Positions 1 to 9,675 of a DNA stretch of 64,000 nucleotides are shown here, piece after piece (within the stretch, counting starts at the first letter, position 1; each line of letters starts with the position of its first letter). The position numbers and the translations under genes were made by a program. Where the stretch lies: IMG/VR virus record IMGVR_UViG_3300025849_000009; one strand, 5' to 3'. The stretch comes from a virus. Below the pieces are notes generated by a model that saw nothing but the letters and a program-made list of their open reading frames with translations, ran no database searches and had not been told where the DNA came from.

Positions 1-144
1 AATAGATGCTATCATAAACATCCAAAACCTGGTAGATTCTTGGCCCATACACAATGATACAATAGCAAATACTAAGAATAATGTTCCTTGTACGCCAATT
101 GCTCTGTTAGACAATTTGCTCAATACATTTTTAATTTTTTTCAT
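1..144 (-). CDS. Partial hypothetical membrane protein (runs off left edge)
   Basis: ATG at 144 downstream of uvsE; open to the window edge with hydrophobic stretch (MKKIKNVLSKLSNRAIGVQGTLFLVFAIVSL...). Confidence 0.5.
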   Translation of the reverse strand, partial: MKKIKNVLSKLSNRAIGVQGTLFLVFAIVSLCMGQESTRFWMFMIASI

Positions 145-163
145 ATACTAATTTTTATAATGG

Positions 164-1096
164 TTATACTAACTCTAATTGATATTGTTTCAAATATTTT
201 TGTAGAGCCAATTCTTTTGCCTTTACTTCTAGCTCGATATCTAGATATAAGCCATATGTTTCTATATACTCATAGATATAATCTGCATGTGCACGCTTAT
301 TTGTTTGAGTCTCATCTTCATGTAATTGTTGACACGAAGAATAGTGTACTAATTGTTTGATACCCTTTGGCCAAGATTTAGCTGCAAGTTTAAGGGCTTC
401 TTCTTGTGATAATGTACCTGGATGACACCAATGATGGTGATAATCGAATGTGATAGGAACACCAACTTTACTAAATACACCTTCATATAGATCTTCGGTC
501 GTGTACTGACTTTCTTTGTCATCGTTTTCTACAACTAATCGAGTACGTACAGAATCGTCAAGTAATTTAAAATTATCTACAAATCTTTGCATTGCTTCGT
601 CTTTACCGCCTTGTGTAGTATTGACATGTATATTGATTGGTGCAGAGTGATCTCTTGGTAAGCCAAGTAAATCCATAATTTCACCGTGTTTGTTGAGATC
701 AATAATACATTTGTCAACTACTCGTTGTGTAAGCGATGCTAATACATCGAATGGGCCAGGATGAAATGTTAAACGTTGACCATTATCCATCGCAATTTTA
801 CCAGCACCTTTAAGAACATTTACGATTTTATTATAATCTGGTAAATCAGACAATTCATACTCACTCATCCATGGAAACATATCAGAACTAATACGAAAGA
901 GTTTGATGCCATTGCGATTATTCCAATTAATTACTTTAACTAAATCTTTTACATTTAATAATGCAAGCTCTGATGCATACTCAATACCTTTAGCTGCAAA
1001 CGTACGCTTAATCATGCTACGATTAGTAGTAACTTTTTCAGATTTCTGTAAAGTAGTATTGATACAGCAATATCCGTAATTATTTATTTTTTCCAT
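164..1096 (-). CDS. uvsE: UV-damage endonuclease (UvsE/UVDE family)
   Basis: GYCCIN, LFRISSDMFP, RLTFHPG, INIH, LVVENDD, FDYHHH, HYS, RAHADY and EVKAKE motifs. Confidence 0.95.
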   Translation of the reverse strand: MEKINNYGYCCINTTLQKSEKVTTNRSMIKRTFAAKGIEYASELALLNVKDLVKVINWNNRNGIKLFRISSDMFPWMSEYELSDLPDYNKIVNVLKGAGKIAMDNGQRLTFHPGPFDVLASLTQRVVDKCIIDLNKHGEIMDLLGLPRDHSAPINIHVNTTQGGKDEAMQRFVDNFKLLDDSVRTRLVVENDDKESQYTTEDLYEGVFSKVGVPITFDYHHHWCHPGTLSQEEALKLAAKSWPKGIKQLVHYSSCQQLHEDETQTNKRAHADYIYEYIETYGLYLDIELEVKAKELALQKYLKQYQLELV

Positions 1097-1283
1097 TTAT
1101 GTATTTTATTATAAAGTTAATAGCAAGTAATACCAAATACGCTGGCCAAAAAAGACCTATTAAAATTCTTTCGAGCATACTAAATCTTAGATCTTCTCTA
1201 TCTATTGTAGAAATTAAGAAATCGTATAGTGCATTTACAATGACACCAAATAAAATATAATATGAAAGAGTACCAATAGTCAC
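1080..1283 (-). CDS. Small hypothetical membrane protein
   Basis: 67 aa, two hydrophobic segments, overlaps uvsE start. Confidence 0.65.
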   Translation of the reverse strand: MTIGTLSYYILFGVIVNALYDFLISTIDREDLRFSMLERILIGLFWPAYLVLLAINFIIKYINGKNK

Positions 1284-1301
1284 TTAAGTTATATATGGTT
1301 T

Positions 1302-1895
1302 TTATGAATTGTTTAATTGTTCCCAGTTTAAATACTTTTTCCAATTATGTTCTTTGATTAGCTTTGTCCAAAGTATAATGTATTTTCTTTCTTTGGGTTT
1401 TAGAATATGTCGCGGTTGTTCGTTAACAAATCTTTGCATTTTTTCTGGATCAAACTTTTTACCTAACGCAATACTTTTACATTTAAAATACAAATCTCTA
1501 GTGCTACCATCAAATATTTCCATTATATCTGAAACTCTTTCCTTTGTCATGTCAAATTCCTTGGCTAAATCTTCAGCCAATTTCCAAAGAAGTTTTTGTT
1601 CTATTTCTAAATGATTTTTCATCATAATAGCTTTACGCTTATTATATTGTTTTCTATCATAATCAATGGCTTCGATTAGAGTTTCACCATTTAACCAAGG
1701 ACTTTCTTTTTTAATAGCCTCTACTTTAGCTTCATAAATCTTTTCTTCTAAGTATACTTCTCTACCTAAATGATTGAATTCATATTCACCAAATTCTATT
1801 CTTTGTTGAAGCTCACTTGCGCCTTTAAATAAATATTTCTTGGGCAATTTAACAACTCCATGAAATCTGCGCCACCATGTAAATTGTCTACTCAT
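1302..1895 (-). CDS. Hypothetical protein
   Basis: 197-aa ORF in tightly packed operon. Confidence 0.8.
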   Translation of the reverse strand: MSRQFTWWRRFHGVVKLPKKYLFKGASELQQRIEFGEYEFNHLGREVYLEEKIYEAKVEAIKKESPWLNGETLIEAIDYDRKQYNKRKAIMMKNHLEIEQKLLWKLAEDLAKEFDMTKERVSDIMEIFDGSTRDLYFKCKSIALGKKFDPEKMQRFVNEQPRHILKPKERKYIILWTKLIKEHNWKKYLNWEQLNNS

Positions 1896-2250
1896 TTATT
1901 TTGTATAATGTGTATATTGAATTGTTAGTTCTAAATTTAACAAAAGTTTCATCAGATTCTAAAATCTCCGTTAACACTGTTGTCATCCACGTATAATATT
2001 CATTGAACGGTGACATAATCAAACTTCGTCCTATTGCAATTTCCTTAAACTGCTCCTTAAATGTACCATCTTCTTGCCACTCTACCCACAATACATCTCT
2101 TGAATATTTAGTCATACCGTCTCGCTCTCTTACCAATTTCCAATTTCTTTCGGTTTCTTTGTAAAAAAGATCAACAAATTCATTGTCAATTTGTAGATTA
2201 CCTTTCTCGTCTTTAGTTAAGGGAATTTGAGGTTGTATATCCTTAATCAT
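1888..2250 (-). CDS. Hypothetical phage protein
   Basis: Likely start MIKDIQ at 2250, immediately after upstream stop; avoids overlap. Confidence 0.75.
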   Translation of the reverse strand: MIKDIQPQIPLTKDEKGNLQIDNEFVDLFYKETERNWKLVRERDGMTKYSRDVLWVEWQEDGTFKEQFKEIAIGRSLIMSPFNEYYTWMTTVLTEILESDETFVKFRTNNSIYTLYKINE

Positions 2251-2251
2251 A

Positions 2252-2482
2252 TTATTTGTTTTTTCTTTTTCTTTTCTTTTTTTCGTGTTTAGCCCAATAT
2301 CTAGCGGCTTCCTTCTCTTCTTCGTATTTTTCAAGAACATCTAAAAATCCACTATACGTATAATCTTCTGATCTAAAAGCATCTCTAATTCTTGATTGCT
2401 CGTCTTCACAACCTTTCATCCATCCGATTACGAATGCAAATACTCCTAAGAAAATTGTTAAAAATAATCCTTCTGCTCCCAT
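2252..2482 (-). CDS. Hypothetical protein with N-terminal transmembrane segment
   Basis: 76 aa; start overlaps upstream stop (TAATG). Confidence 0.75.
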   Translation of the reverse strand: MGAEGLFLTIFLGVFAFVIGWMKGCEDEQSRIRDAFRSEDYTYSGFLDVLEKYEEEKEAARYWAKHEKKKRKRKNK

Positions 2483-2769
2483 TATTTTAATTTTTGTAAA
2501 AGGTTTTCAACGTCTTTCTTAGAAGTCCATCCAGCAACTTCATCACCATCAGTATTTAAAAATTTATCTGTGACAAAACCGCCACCCTCAGAATTTTTAA
2601 ATATAGCAACTTCAAATGAAGCGTATTGTGTAGAGTCTAACCCATCTTCACGTGGAGTACTATAAACAAACTTACCTGCTTGAATACTCACTGTAACTTC
2701 TTTAAACTTTGCAATAGCTCCTACGCCACCATGATGTTGTTTCTTAAATTTTAAGTCTTTAAATTTCAT
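2482..2769 (-). CDS. Hypothetical phage protein
   Basis: 95-aa ORF, A-rich leader. Confidence 0.8.
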   Translation of the reverse strand: MKFKDLKFKKQHHGGVGAIAKFKEVTVSIQAGKFVYSTPREDGLDSTQYASFEVAIFKNSEGGGFVTDKFLNTDGDEVAGWTSKKDVENLLQKLK

Positions 2770-2784
2770 ATCTTTTATTTTATT

Positions 2785-3252
2785 TTAAAAATTACCTGGT
2801 GCAACTTGCATACAAGTTAAACCCATATCTCTCCACATATCAACTACTTTTTGTCTATCGTCAAATACACAAACTACATCGTCAACGTGATCCTGTGTTG
2901 GAAATAAGTCGTTAAACCATTTCTTCTTAAGATCATCATCTGGCATAAATTGAAAGTCTTTGCTAGTTGGTCTCATCTTCAATACATTAAATGGTACATC
3001 AAACTTTTTTAACCAAGCTTTAGTAGCATCTTTAGTAGCTTTAGATCTTCCACTAAAAATAACAATCATGTGCCCAGCGGCATCTAACATTTGAGCCATC
3101 TTAATTACAGCATCATGTGGTTGGTCAAGGTCAATGTTCTTAGGATCAAAGAAAGTGTCCCAATCCATTTTGCCATTGTCCTTCGTAGAAATAGCTCTTC
3201 GCTTATCGATAAGAGCCAAAGTTCCGTCTAAATCAAATATTACTTTTTTCAT
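2785..3252 (-). CDS. HAD phosphatase, T4 polynucleotide kinase 3'-phosphatase-domain-like
   Basis: DLDGTL, SGR, LKMR, FDDR..VV.MWR..GL.C.QVA.G.F motifs. Confidence 0.88.
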   Translation of the reverse strand: MKKVIFDLDGTLALIDKRRAISTKDNGKMDWDTFFDPKNIDLDQPHDAVIKMAQMLDAAGHMIVIFSGRSKATKDATKAWLKKFDVPFNVLKMRPTSKDFQFMPDDDLKKKWFNDLFPTQDHVDDVVCVFDDRQKVVDMWRDMGLTCMQVAPGNF

Positions 3253-3267
3253 TTCTCTTGCTTTTTA

Positions 3268-3306
3268 TTACTCTACTAATATACCACAAATATTTGACAT
3301 AAAAAA
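3268..3306 (-). promoter_or_regulatory. Class I (probably early) phage promoter
   Basis: TTTTTTATGTCAAATATTTGTGGTATATTAGTAG on minus strand; one of 10 copies. Confidence 0.8.
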
Positions 3307-3318
3307 GTATTTGTGCGT

Positions 3319-3531
3319 TTATTTTAATAAATCTTTTATTTTTTCTTCAATATCCACCATTTCTTCTAAGGTAAATAAATCCATATCATTGAATAGCCAA
3401 CCTGTATTTGTTTCTACAATGACCATATCTTCAAATATTTCTATACTTTCAACAGTATGAACTGTTTTGTCATCTTGAAATATAACATATGGCGCAGAGT
3501 CTATACGATTGTATCTTTCTTCAATAGTCAT
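3319..3531 (-). CDS. Hypothetical protein
   Basis: Likely start MTIEER at 3531, adjacent to upstream stop. Confidence 0.7.
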   Translation of the reverse strand: MTIEERYNRIDSAPYVIFQDDKTVHTVESIEIFEDMVIVETNTGWLFNDMDLFTLEEMVDIEEKIKDLLK

Positions 3532-3532
3532 C

Positions 3533-3931
3533 TTATCCCCAATCTTTTTCAAATGTGTACCAATGATCTGCGCTTGCGCAGTCTCTACATGCATCGGCAA
3601 CAAGTGTTACTTTATCTTCCATCGTTAACATCAATAGAACAGCTCCTACGTGCATCTCGATCAACTCACTTGTTGGAAGATATTCCGAGACGTGACTGGC
3701 AATTCCAGTAACAAGTCTATATGTGTTGTCTTCTACAGAATTAAATCTTGTTCCCTGATGATAATCGACATTAGGTTCTACGGTTGCTAGTTCCCATAGT
3801 TTTTCAATACCTATAAGATCTCTAACTTCTTGACAAATTTCTTGGATTGCAGCTTTGTGTTTAAGAACTGCTTGATAACCTGAGCCACCGACTCCGTTAC
3901 ATCTTACTTCATTTACATTAAATTTACTCAT
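3533..3931 (-). CDS. Hypothetical protein
   Basis: Start MSKFNV at 3931; the longer ORF-track start runs into the promoter. Confidence 0.8.
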   Translation of the reverse strand: MSKFNVNEVRCNGVGGSGYQAVLKHKAAIQEICQEVRDLIGIEKLWELATVEPNVDYHQGTRFNSVEDNTYRLVTGIASHVSEYLPTSELIEMHVGAVLLMLTMEDKVTLVADACRDCASADHWYTFEKDWG

Positions 3932-3945
3932 ATTTTTAACTTTTA

Positions 3946-3985
3946 TTATACTACTAATATACCACAAATAATTGATATAAAAAAA
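3946..3985 (-). promoter_or_regulatory. Class I (probably early) phage promoter
   Basis: TATTTGTGGTATATTAGTAGTATA copy. Confidence 0.8.
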
Positions 3986-4002
3986 TCTGACGTGTTTTAT
4001 TT

Positions 4003-4245
4003 TTAAAAGTTACGAACAATTTCCTGATGCTTCTTTCTAAAAGTTATTTCAACATCGTCTATTATTTCTTTTAATAGATTTGTTTGTATCTCGTCTTCGC
4101 ATTCAAAATACGACAACCAACTCCTAAAGTTTTCTATAAAATTTCTAGCACCTTCAATTTGTATTTCATTAGTACAAGATAATGTAACCTTATTTGTTTT
4201 TTTGTGTGTATCAAAAAGTGCGTCAGTATTTTCTTTAAATATCAT
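4003..4245 (-). CDS. Hypothetical protein
   Basis: 80-aa ORF overlapping upstream gene end. Confidence 0.7.
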   Translation of the reverse strand: MIFKENTDALFDTHKKTNKVTLSCTNEIQIEGARNFIENFRSWLSYFECEDEIQTNLLKEIIDDVEITFRKKHQEIVRNF

Positions 4246-4702
4246 CTTGTTTAATTTTTAAATAGTTAAGTACTGTATCCCAATCTGGAAAAGTTTCTGT
4301 ACCAAATTGAATTAGTTCGCCTTTAAATTCACCAGCACCATTGACTGTTCTATCATCGATTAAGTAATCGCCGATCATTAGATTTTTATGATGACTAGTA
4401 ATTATTCTTTTATATGCAGGCTTTCCTAAGTATTTTCTAACCCACATTCTTTTAGCCTTAACAGAACCTAAACTTTCCCATGGCGCTGTCGTTAATAAAT
4501 AAACGTCGAACACTTCTACTAATTTATTAAAAGCTTCAATAGCTCCAGGAATTGGCTCAGCTTCATAGAATAATTCAGGATCTGCATCTAGAATTTCACC
4601 TATATTTGGAACTAAATCTTTACCATATTTTGTTTCGCACGCTTTAAATATATCAACTAATACTCCGTCCATATCTAAGTACATTATTTTCTTTGCTGTC
4701 AT
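4235..4702 (-). CDS. 5'(3')-deoxyribonucleotidase (NT5C-type HAD)
   Basis: DMDGVLVD, PIPGA.EA, K..WV..YLG, K.L..GDYLIDD motifs. Confidence 0.9.
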   Translation of the reverse strand: MTAKKIMYLDMDGVLVDIFKACETKYGKDLVPNIGEILDADPELFYEAEPIPGAIEAFNKLVEVFDVYLLTTAPWESLGSVKAKRMWVRKYLGKPAYKRIITSHHKNLMIGDYLIDDRTVNGAGEFKGELIQFGTETFPDWDTVLNYLKIKQDDI

Positions 4703-4703
4703 A

Positions 4704-4964
4704 TTATGTATTTTTTATTGTTGGTTTTGTTAAAAGTAAATACATCTCAATAGCTTTGATCAAGCCTTTAATTTTATTTTCTATATCTTTACTCACACCT
4801 AATTTTATAGCCTTAGGTAAAAGATCATCATATAAATATCCGTCAAAAAGCCCATAGGCCATGTTTGTAAACTCGTCGTTTTCAGTGGCATTGATAATGT
4901 CCATTGTCATAGTTCTCATTTCTGAAGTAAAACAACCATGTCTGTCAAATCTTGTGTAACTCAT
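4704..4964 (-). CDS. Hypothetical protein
   Basis: 86-aa ORF directly after a class I promoter. Confidence 0.8.
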   Translation of the reverse strand: MSYTRFDRHGCFTSEMRTMTMDIINATENDEFTNMAYGLFDGYLYDDLLPKAIKLGVSKDIENKIKGLIKAIEMYLLLTKPTIKNT

Positions 4965-4980
4965 ATCTTTCGCTTTTTAA

Positions 4981-5020
4981 TTATAGTACTAATATACCAC
5001 AAATAAACGACATAAAAAAA
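4981..5020 (-). promoter_or_regulatory. Class I (probably early) phage promoter
   Basis: TTTTTTTATGTCGTTTATTTGTGGTATATTAGTACTATAA. Confidence 0.8.
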
Positions 5021-5041
5021 TCTGAGAGCACTTTTTTTAAT

Positions 5042-5269
5042 TTATTTTTCAGGATTAGTTTTAGGAGTACCGGAACCCTTAAATAAAATAGTAGATAACA
5101 CATTAAGTCCCAGTGCTTGCCAAAATCCTATAGCATTTATGCCGTCTATTGCCGGAACTAAACATGTGTTCCATAAATATTGTGTTGGTATTGTCAATAC
5201 AGTTGCTATTATAACTAATCCTAACAATACGCCTATCCAAGTGCTAATAATATTAATTGATCTTTTCAT
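5042..5269 (-). CDS. Small membrane protein
   Basis: Two hydrophobic segments; LWN..P and I.FWQALGL patterns. Confidence 0.75.
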   Translation of the reverse strand: MKRSINIISTWIGVLLGLVIIATVLTIPTQYLWNTCLVPAIDGINAIGFWQALGLNVLSTILFKGSGTPKTNPEK

Positions 5270-5274
5270 AAAAT

Positions 5275-5529
5275 TTATTTAACCAAAACCTTTGGTGTTT
5301 TTATACTATATTTTGTAGCCCATTCTTCTATAAAATTAAAACCAATTCCTAATTCTACGATTTCATATTTATGATCTACTATTGGCTTTGTTGCTCTTCC
5401 ATTATTAATAACATCAACGTGAATGTTAGTGACTATCATATAATATGTGTTACTATTCTTTTGTTTTCTGTAAACCACAACATTGGTTGGTTTATCATTT
5501 TCTAACCAAGGTAATTTTAATTTTTTCAT
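5275..5529 (-). CDS. Hypothetical protein
   Basis: Start MKKLKL overlapping upstream stop (ATGA). Confidence 0.7.
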   Translation of the reverse strand: MKKLKLPWLENDKPTNVVVYRKQKNSNTYYMIVTNIHVDVINNGRATKPIVDHKYEIVELGIGFNFIEEWATKYSIKTPKVLVK

Positions 5530-5870
5530 TTCCAAAATAATTGAACCGCAATAAGTGCGAATGCTAAACAAAGTGAAACTGCAGTCTTAATATTAATACC
5601 TTCGTTTAAGAAGTACCAAGTTAAGAATGCAAAAGAAGTAATTCCCATAGAAAATCCTATAAATCTTCCAGGCCATAGTGCACCATCATAATATCCTGCA
5701 ATTAATGCAGTTGCTTTAATAAACATATAACTAATAACAGTGCCACCTAAAACACTTATTATCAACGGATTCTTTTTTGCCCATGGACTTATAAATTGAC
5801 CGTTAGTTTGAAACCAAATTAATGTTTGCCCTGCCAAGAACAATAACATTCCTACTAATAACCCTCTCAA
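5526..5870 (-). CDS. Four-TM small membrane protein (DMT/SMR-like)
   Basis: 114 aa, about 4 hydrophobic helices, W.FLNE near C-terminus. Confidence 0.65.
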   Translation of the reverse strand: MRGLLVGMLLFLAGQTLIWFQTNGQFISPWAKKNPLIISVLGGTVISYMFIKATALIAGYYDGALWPGRFIGFSMGITSFAFLTWYFLNEGINIKTAVSLCLAFALIAVQLFWK

Positions 5871-6502
5871 AACAATGTATTAGTTTTGGTTAGCATATGA
5901 CTTATAAATGAATTTCTGTGATGAGGTGTTGCACCTTCGCTTAATATAGCATCTCTATGTTGTTTAGTACCATATCCTTTATTTGAACCCCAACCATATG
6001 CTGGAAAATCCGTACTTAATTCTTTCATAAGTAAATCTCTTTCTGTTTTGGCCAAAATAGAAGCTGCAGCAATTGATACATATGTATTATCTCCACCTAC
6101 TACTGTTTCAAATGGAATTCCATCAAATCCATGGAATTGATCTCCATCTACAAGAATAAAATCAAAATCAATTAAATTATCTTTTACATCTTCTAAACAT
6201 CTGCGCATGCCTTCTAATGTTGCTTTTAAAATATTGGTACTTTCAATGTCTTCAACACTGACGTGTTTAATAGAATATGCAATACAGTTATCTAAAACCA
6301 TCTGCCTTGCAGCTACTCTTTGAGGTTCACTTAATAATTTTGAATCTTTAATAAGTTCATGTTGAAATCCGTATGGCATGATGCACGCAGCTACGGTCAC
6401 TGGTCCTGATAAAGCACCTCTCCCCGCTTCGTCTAATCCGATTTCGGTTATGTCTGGATTTCCAGAATGGCTATGCTTTAATAAGATTTGATATGATTCC
6501 AT
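5867..6502 (-). CDS. rnhB: Ribonuclease HII
   Basis: GLDEAGRG..GPV, DSK.L, VDG, SIAAASILAK, NKGYGT, HR.SF. Confidence 0.96.
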   Translation of the reverse strand: MESYQILLKHSHSGNPDITEIGLDEAGRGALSGPVTVAACIMPYGFQHELIKDSKLLSEPQRVAARQMVLDNCIAYSIKHVSVEDIESTNILKATLEGMRRCLEDVKDNLIDFDFILVDGDQFHGFDGIPFETVVGGDNTYVSIAAASILAKTERDLLMKELSTDFPAYGWGSNKGYGTKQHRDAILSEGATPHHRNSFISHMLTKTNTLF

Positions 6503-6546
6503 ATATAGTATGTTTAGTACTTATATACGGAATCATTAAAATGTTT

Positions 6547-7254
6547 CTAAAATTTGTTTTCGTTTTTTGATTTCCACTCATCATATCTCTGTACGACTTC
6601 CTGTAAGATCTTAGCTCTTACAATATCTTTATTACTAAACACATGTACACCGATTCCTTTTACACCCTGCATAATCTCTATGAACCCTGGTAAACCTACA
6701 TGCTGCTTAGCAATATCATGTTGACTGACATCACCTGTAACTACAACTCTACTTGATTTACCCATTCTAGTTACAAATAACATTAATTGTTTAAATGTTG
6801 CATTTTGTGCTTCATCTAAAACCATAAGCGCATCATCAAAAGTATCACCTCTCATATACGCAAGTGGCTCAAATCTAATTGTCTTGCTATCAAATAAATA
6901 TTTTGCTTGTTGACCTCCTACTATTTTAGTGATATTCGAAATATACGAATTCATATAAGGGTCGATCTTTTCTTCTTTTGTTCCTGGTAAAAATCCTAAC
7001 TTTTCACCTGCTTCTTGTATGGGTTTACAAAGGATAATTTCTTTTATTTTCTTTTCTTGTAGTAATTTAAGTGCTACGAAACATGCAGTAAATGTTTTTG
7101 ATGTTCCTGCTGGACCGTAACAAAATGTTATTTCGTTTTCTTCTATTTGTTTTACGTATTTATGTTGGGACTGTCTAAGTGTAACTCGTTTTAAACCGGA
7201 ATCTATTGTTCCGTTTTTAGATTGTCTTGTTTGCTTTTCTGTTCCTCTACTCAT
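6547..7254 (-). CDS. phoH: PhoH-like ATPase
   Basis: GPAGTSKT, GEKLGFLPG, PLAYMRG.TF, LDEAQN, TGD..Q.D. Confidence 0.95.
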   Translation of the reverse strand: MSRGTEKQTRQSKNGTIDSGLKRVTLRQSQHKYVKQIEENEITFCYGPAGTSKTFTACFVALKLLQEKKIKEIILCKPIQEAGEKLGFLPGTKEEKIDPYMNSYISNITKIVGGQQAKYLFDSKTIRFEPLAYMRGDTFDDALMVLDEAQNATFKQLMLFVTRMGKSSRVVVTGDVSQHDIAKQHVGLPGFIEIMQGVKGIGVHVFSNKDIVRAKILQEVVQRYDEWKSKNENKF

Positions 7255-7273
7255 TTAATAGTTGTTTTTATAA

Positions 7274-7534
7274 TTAATCCCCTGCCATTATGACAAGTTC
7301 TTTTAGTTTTACCAGCTTAGTACATTTCTCGTACTCTTCTAATGATTCGAAGTATTTAATCATTAGGTCGATAAATTTAGAACGCTGTTTTATTCCATGA
7401 GGAATTTCAACGATACGATCTGTATCCTTGAATGCGATGAATCTATTTACTGTTTTAGTAAAATTTCTAGTTATCTGGTAGTAACTAGCTCTCATCAAAC
7501 TATCTTTATCTGAACTTGAAATAAAGCCTGCCAT
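7274..7534 (-). CDS. Small protein with C-terminal UVR-like motif
   Basis: YFESLEEYEKCTKLVKL. Confidence 0.75.
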   Translation of the reverse strand: MAGFISSSDKDSLMRASYYQITRNFTKTVNRFIAFKDTDRIVEIPHGIKQRSKFIDLMIKYFESLEEYEKCTKLVKLKELVIMAGD

Positions 7535-7647
7535 CTTAAATTACCTTTTGTTTTTAGTTACAACTTAGTTGCTCCTTTGTATATATTAATATACGGTTTC
7601 CCCTAATATAGAAATCAATTAAAATATTAGGATAATTTATTAATATA

Positions 7648-7833
7648 TTATTCCGGTTGATTTTTTGATTGCAAGTACTTGGCTTTTTGCATCTTAAGAC
7701 GTTTCTTTGCTGATGGCTTGGTGAAATCTTGTTGATCTCTTAAGTGATTTATTTGTTTAGTATTTCTAACCTTTCTTTTATACTGTTTCAGTGCCTTTTC
7801 TATATTTCCCTTATCTACTTCTATTATTAGCAT
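7648..7833 (-). CDS. rpsU: Ribosomal protein bS21 (phage-encoded)
   Basis: MLIIEV...IEKALK.YKRK...F.KPS..R....KAKY. Confidence 0.93.
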   Translation of the reverse strand: MLIIEVDKGNIEKALKQYKRKVRNTKQINHLRDQQDFTKPSAKKRLKMQKAKYLQSKNQPE

Positions 7834-8090
7834 ATTGTTTTAATCTGTTTTTTAATGTTATAAATACTGGCGCATTTTTCGAATTCTTCTTTTTTTTCAA
7901 AGTGCTTTAACATTGCACCTAAAATAGTGATCTTGCGCTCGTCTTCTAAATCTGAAGCAATGACATACGTTGGATGATGTGTAATGGCCATATATAATGC
8001 ATTGAAAAACATATCCTCATTGTTAACTATGAGTCCATCGAATATTCTAAACCATTTTTTACTATCGTCGCTAAACGTATAATCATTCAT
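7827..8090 (-). CDS. Small protein with C-terminal UVR-like motif
   Basis: HFEKKEEFEKCASIYNI. Confidence 0.75.
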   Translation of the reverse strand: MNDYTFSDDSKKWFRIFDGLIVNNEDMFFNALYMAITHHPTYVIASDLEDERKITILGAMLKHFEKKEEFEKCASIYNIKKQIKTIC

Positions 8091-8889
8091 CTTTTATGCT
8101 CTTTACTTTCTTTATATATTCCAATTGTTCGGAATTAAGTTCAAAATAAGAAGCATTTAATTTACATAAAAGTGCACCTTTTTTTTCGGTGCCATATATG
8201 GGATATCCTCGATCTCTGATTCTAAGAACTTTTCCAGGATAACTATTCTCAGGCACATTAATATAGAGTGGACCTTCAGGTGTATTTACATTTACTTTAG
8301 TTCCTAAGAATATATCTTCCCACGATAGATTCAAATCTAACCAAATATCATTGTCTTGTAAAATCCAATCACTGTTGTGCATTACATGTATGTGAATAAT
8401 AAGATCACCGCTTGGTAGTGTAGAATTATATTGATGAGGTTGTCCCTTTCCCGCGACTCTTAGTTTCATTCCTGTTTTAAGTCCAGCTTTAAAATCAACT
8501 TTAATATCTTGACCATTAACTGCAAACTTTTTAGAAGTTCCAGCATAAGCTTCGTCAAAACTTAAATGTAAATCTAATCTTAAATCTTGACCCTTAGACG
8601 ATTGTCTAGATCCAAATGCATTGCCAAATACTTGATCAAAAAGATCTGACATATTAATATTTCCATCACTAAATCCGTTAAAATTTTGAAAGTTAGAGGC
8701 TGAGTCATATTTTTGCCTCGAAGAATCATCACCTATTTTTTCATAAGCGTCTGCAATCTCTTTGAATCTTTCGTCATTGCCATCGTTTTTATCAGGATGA
8801 TATTCTTTGGCTAATTTCCTATATGCTTTTTTAATGTCATCTTGTGAAGATGTTTTGTCGACACCTAATACACTATAAGGATCCATCAT
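8083..8889 (-). CDS. DnaJ/CbpA-class co-chaperone (no Zn finger)
   Basis: J domain with HPD, G/F region, DnaJ C-terminal domain. Confidence 0.93.
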   Translation of the reverse strand: MMDPYSVLGVDKTSSQDDIKKAYRKLAKEYHPDKNDGNDERFKEIADAYEKIGDDSSRQKYDSASNFQNFNGFSDGNINMSDLFDQVFGNAFGSRQSSKGQDLRLDLHLSFDEAYAGTSKKFAVNGQDIKVDFKAGLKTGMKLRVAGKGQPHQYNSTLPSGDLIIHIHVMHNSDWILQDNDIWLDLNLSWEDIFLGTKVNVNTPEGPLYINVPENSYPGKVLRIRDRGYPIYGTEKKGALLCKLNASYFELNSEQLEYIKKVKSIKDE

Positions 8890-9103
8890 CTGTTTTAAAT
8901 CTAGGAGAATTAGGATGTGGTGTGTAATCTGCTTGATCTAAATTAAGTTTCTCTCTTAGATCTGCTTTTAGATTTTTTTCTTGAAGTTTGCCAATAACAG
9001 CATTTCTTTTTTCAGATGTTTCCGAATTTTTATTAGATTTTTCTAACGCGTCTGCTATTCTTTTTAATTGAAATGCTATTTCTTTTGCTATTTTATCTTC
9101 CAT
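8873..9103 (-). CDS. Hypothetical protein
   Basis: 76 aa, LKRIADALE helix. Confidence 0.75.
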   Translation of the reverse strand: MEDKIAKEIAFQLKRIADALEKSNKNSETSEKRNAVIGKLQEKNLKADLREKLNLDQADYTPHPNSPRFKTDDGSL

Positions 9104-9350
9104 AATTATTATTTACTAAATCCGATTCTCCATTTTGGAAATCTTGATATGGCAAAGATTTATCTTTCTTTCCCATATGTGGACCGTTTACCATTATAGT
9201 GTCTTTATATGGATTTGTTTCACCTATCTTTGATCTTAACCAATCATCAAGACTTTTAACACTTCCACCAAAATGTCTTATTTTAATCAAAAGAGGATTT
9301 TCGTTTTTAAGATCTACTCTATCCTCTTCAAATAATTTTATATACTTCAT
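9093..9350 (-). CDS. Hypothetical protein, possible internal head protein
   Basis: N-terminus MKYIKLFEE; GATATATA motif just upstream. Confidence 0.65.
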   Translation of the reverse strand: MKYIKLFEEDRVDLKNENPLLIKIRHFGGSVKSLDDWLRSKIGETNPYKDTIMVNGPHMGKKDKSLPYQDFQNGESDLVNNNYGR

Positions 9351-9353
9351 ACT

Positions 9354-9665
9354 TTATATATCTCGCTTTGGAGACATAATAGAATCTATAGTATTTAGCT
9401 GCTTCATAATCTTAGCACACTTTTCGTATTCTTCGTTTTCTTCAAAATAATCGAGCATCATTTTAAAAGTTCCGTTTAATGAAATTAATTCTGTAGAATC
9501 CATGTGCCTAAGATGCCAATCATTAATACCGTTCTTTTCTATTTGTGCGTAATTAGTTTCAACAGCTAATCGAATCATACGATCTTTGTATTCTTCAAGT
9601 TTCATTTCAAAATCGCGATTGCTATTTTCCATAAATTCATCAAAATTAAAATCGTCTTCTTTCAT
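9354..9665 (-). CDS. Small protein with C-terminal UVR-like motif
   Basis: YFEENEEYEKCAKIMKQL. Confidence 0.78.
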   Translation of the reverse strand: MKEDDFNFDEFMENSNRDFEMKLEEYKDRMIRLAVETNYAQIEKNGINDWHLRHMDSTELISLNGTFKMMLDYFEENEEYEKCAKIMKQLNTIDSIMSPKRDI

Positions 9666-9675
9666 ATATTATATA

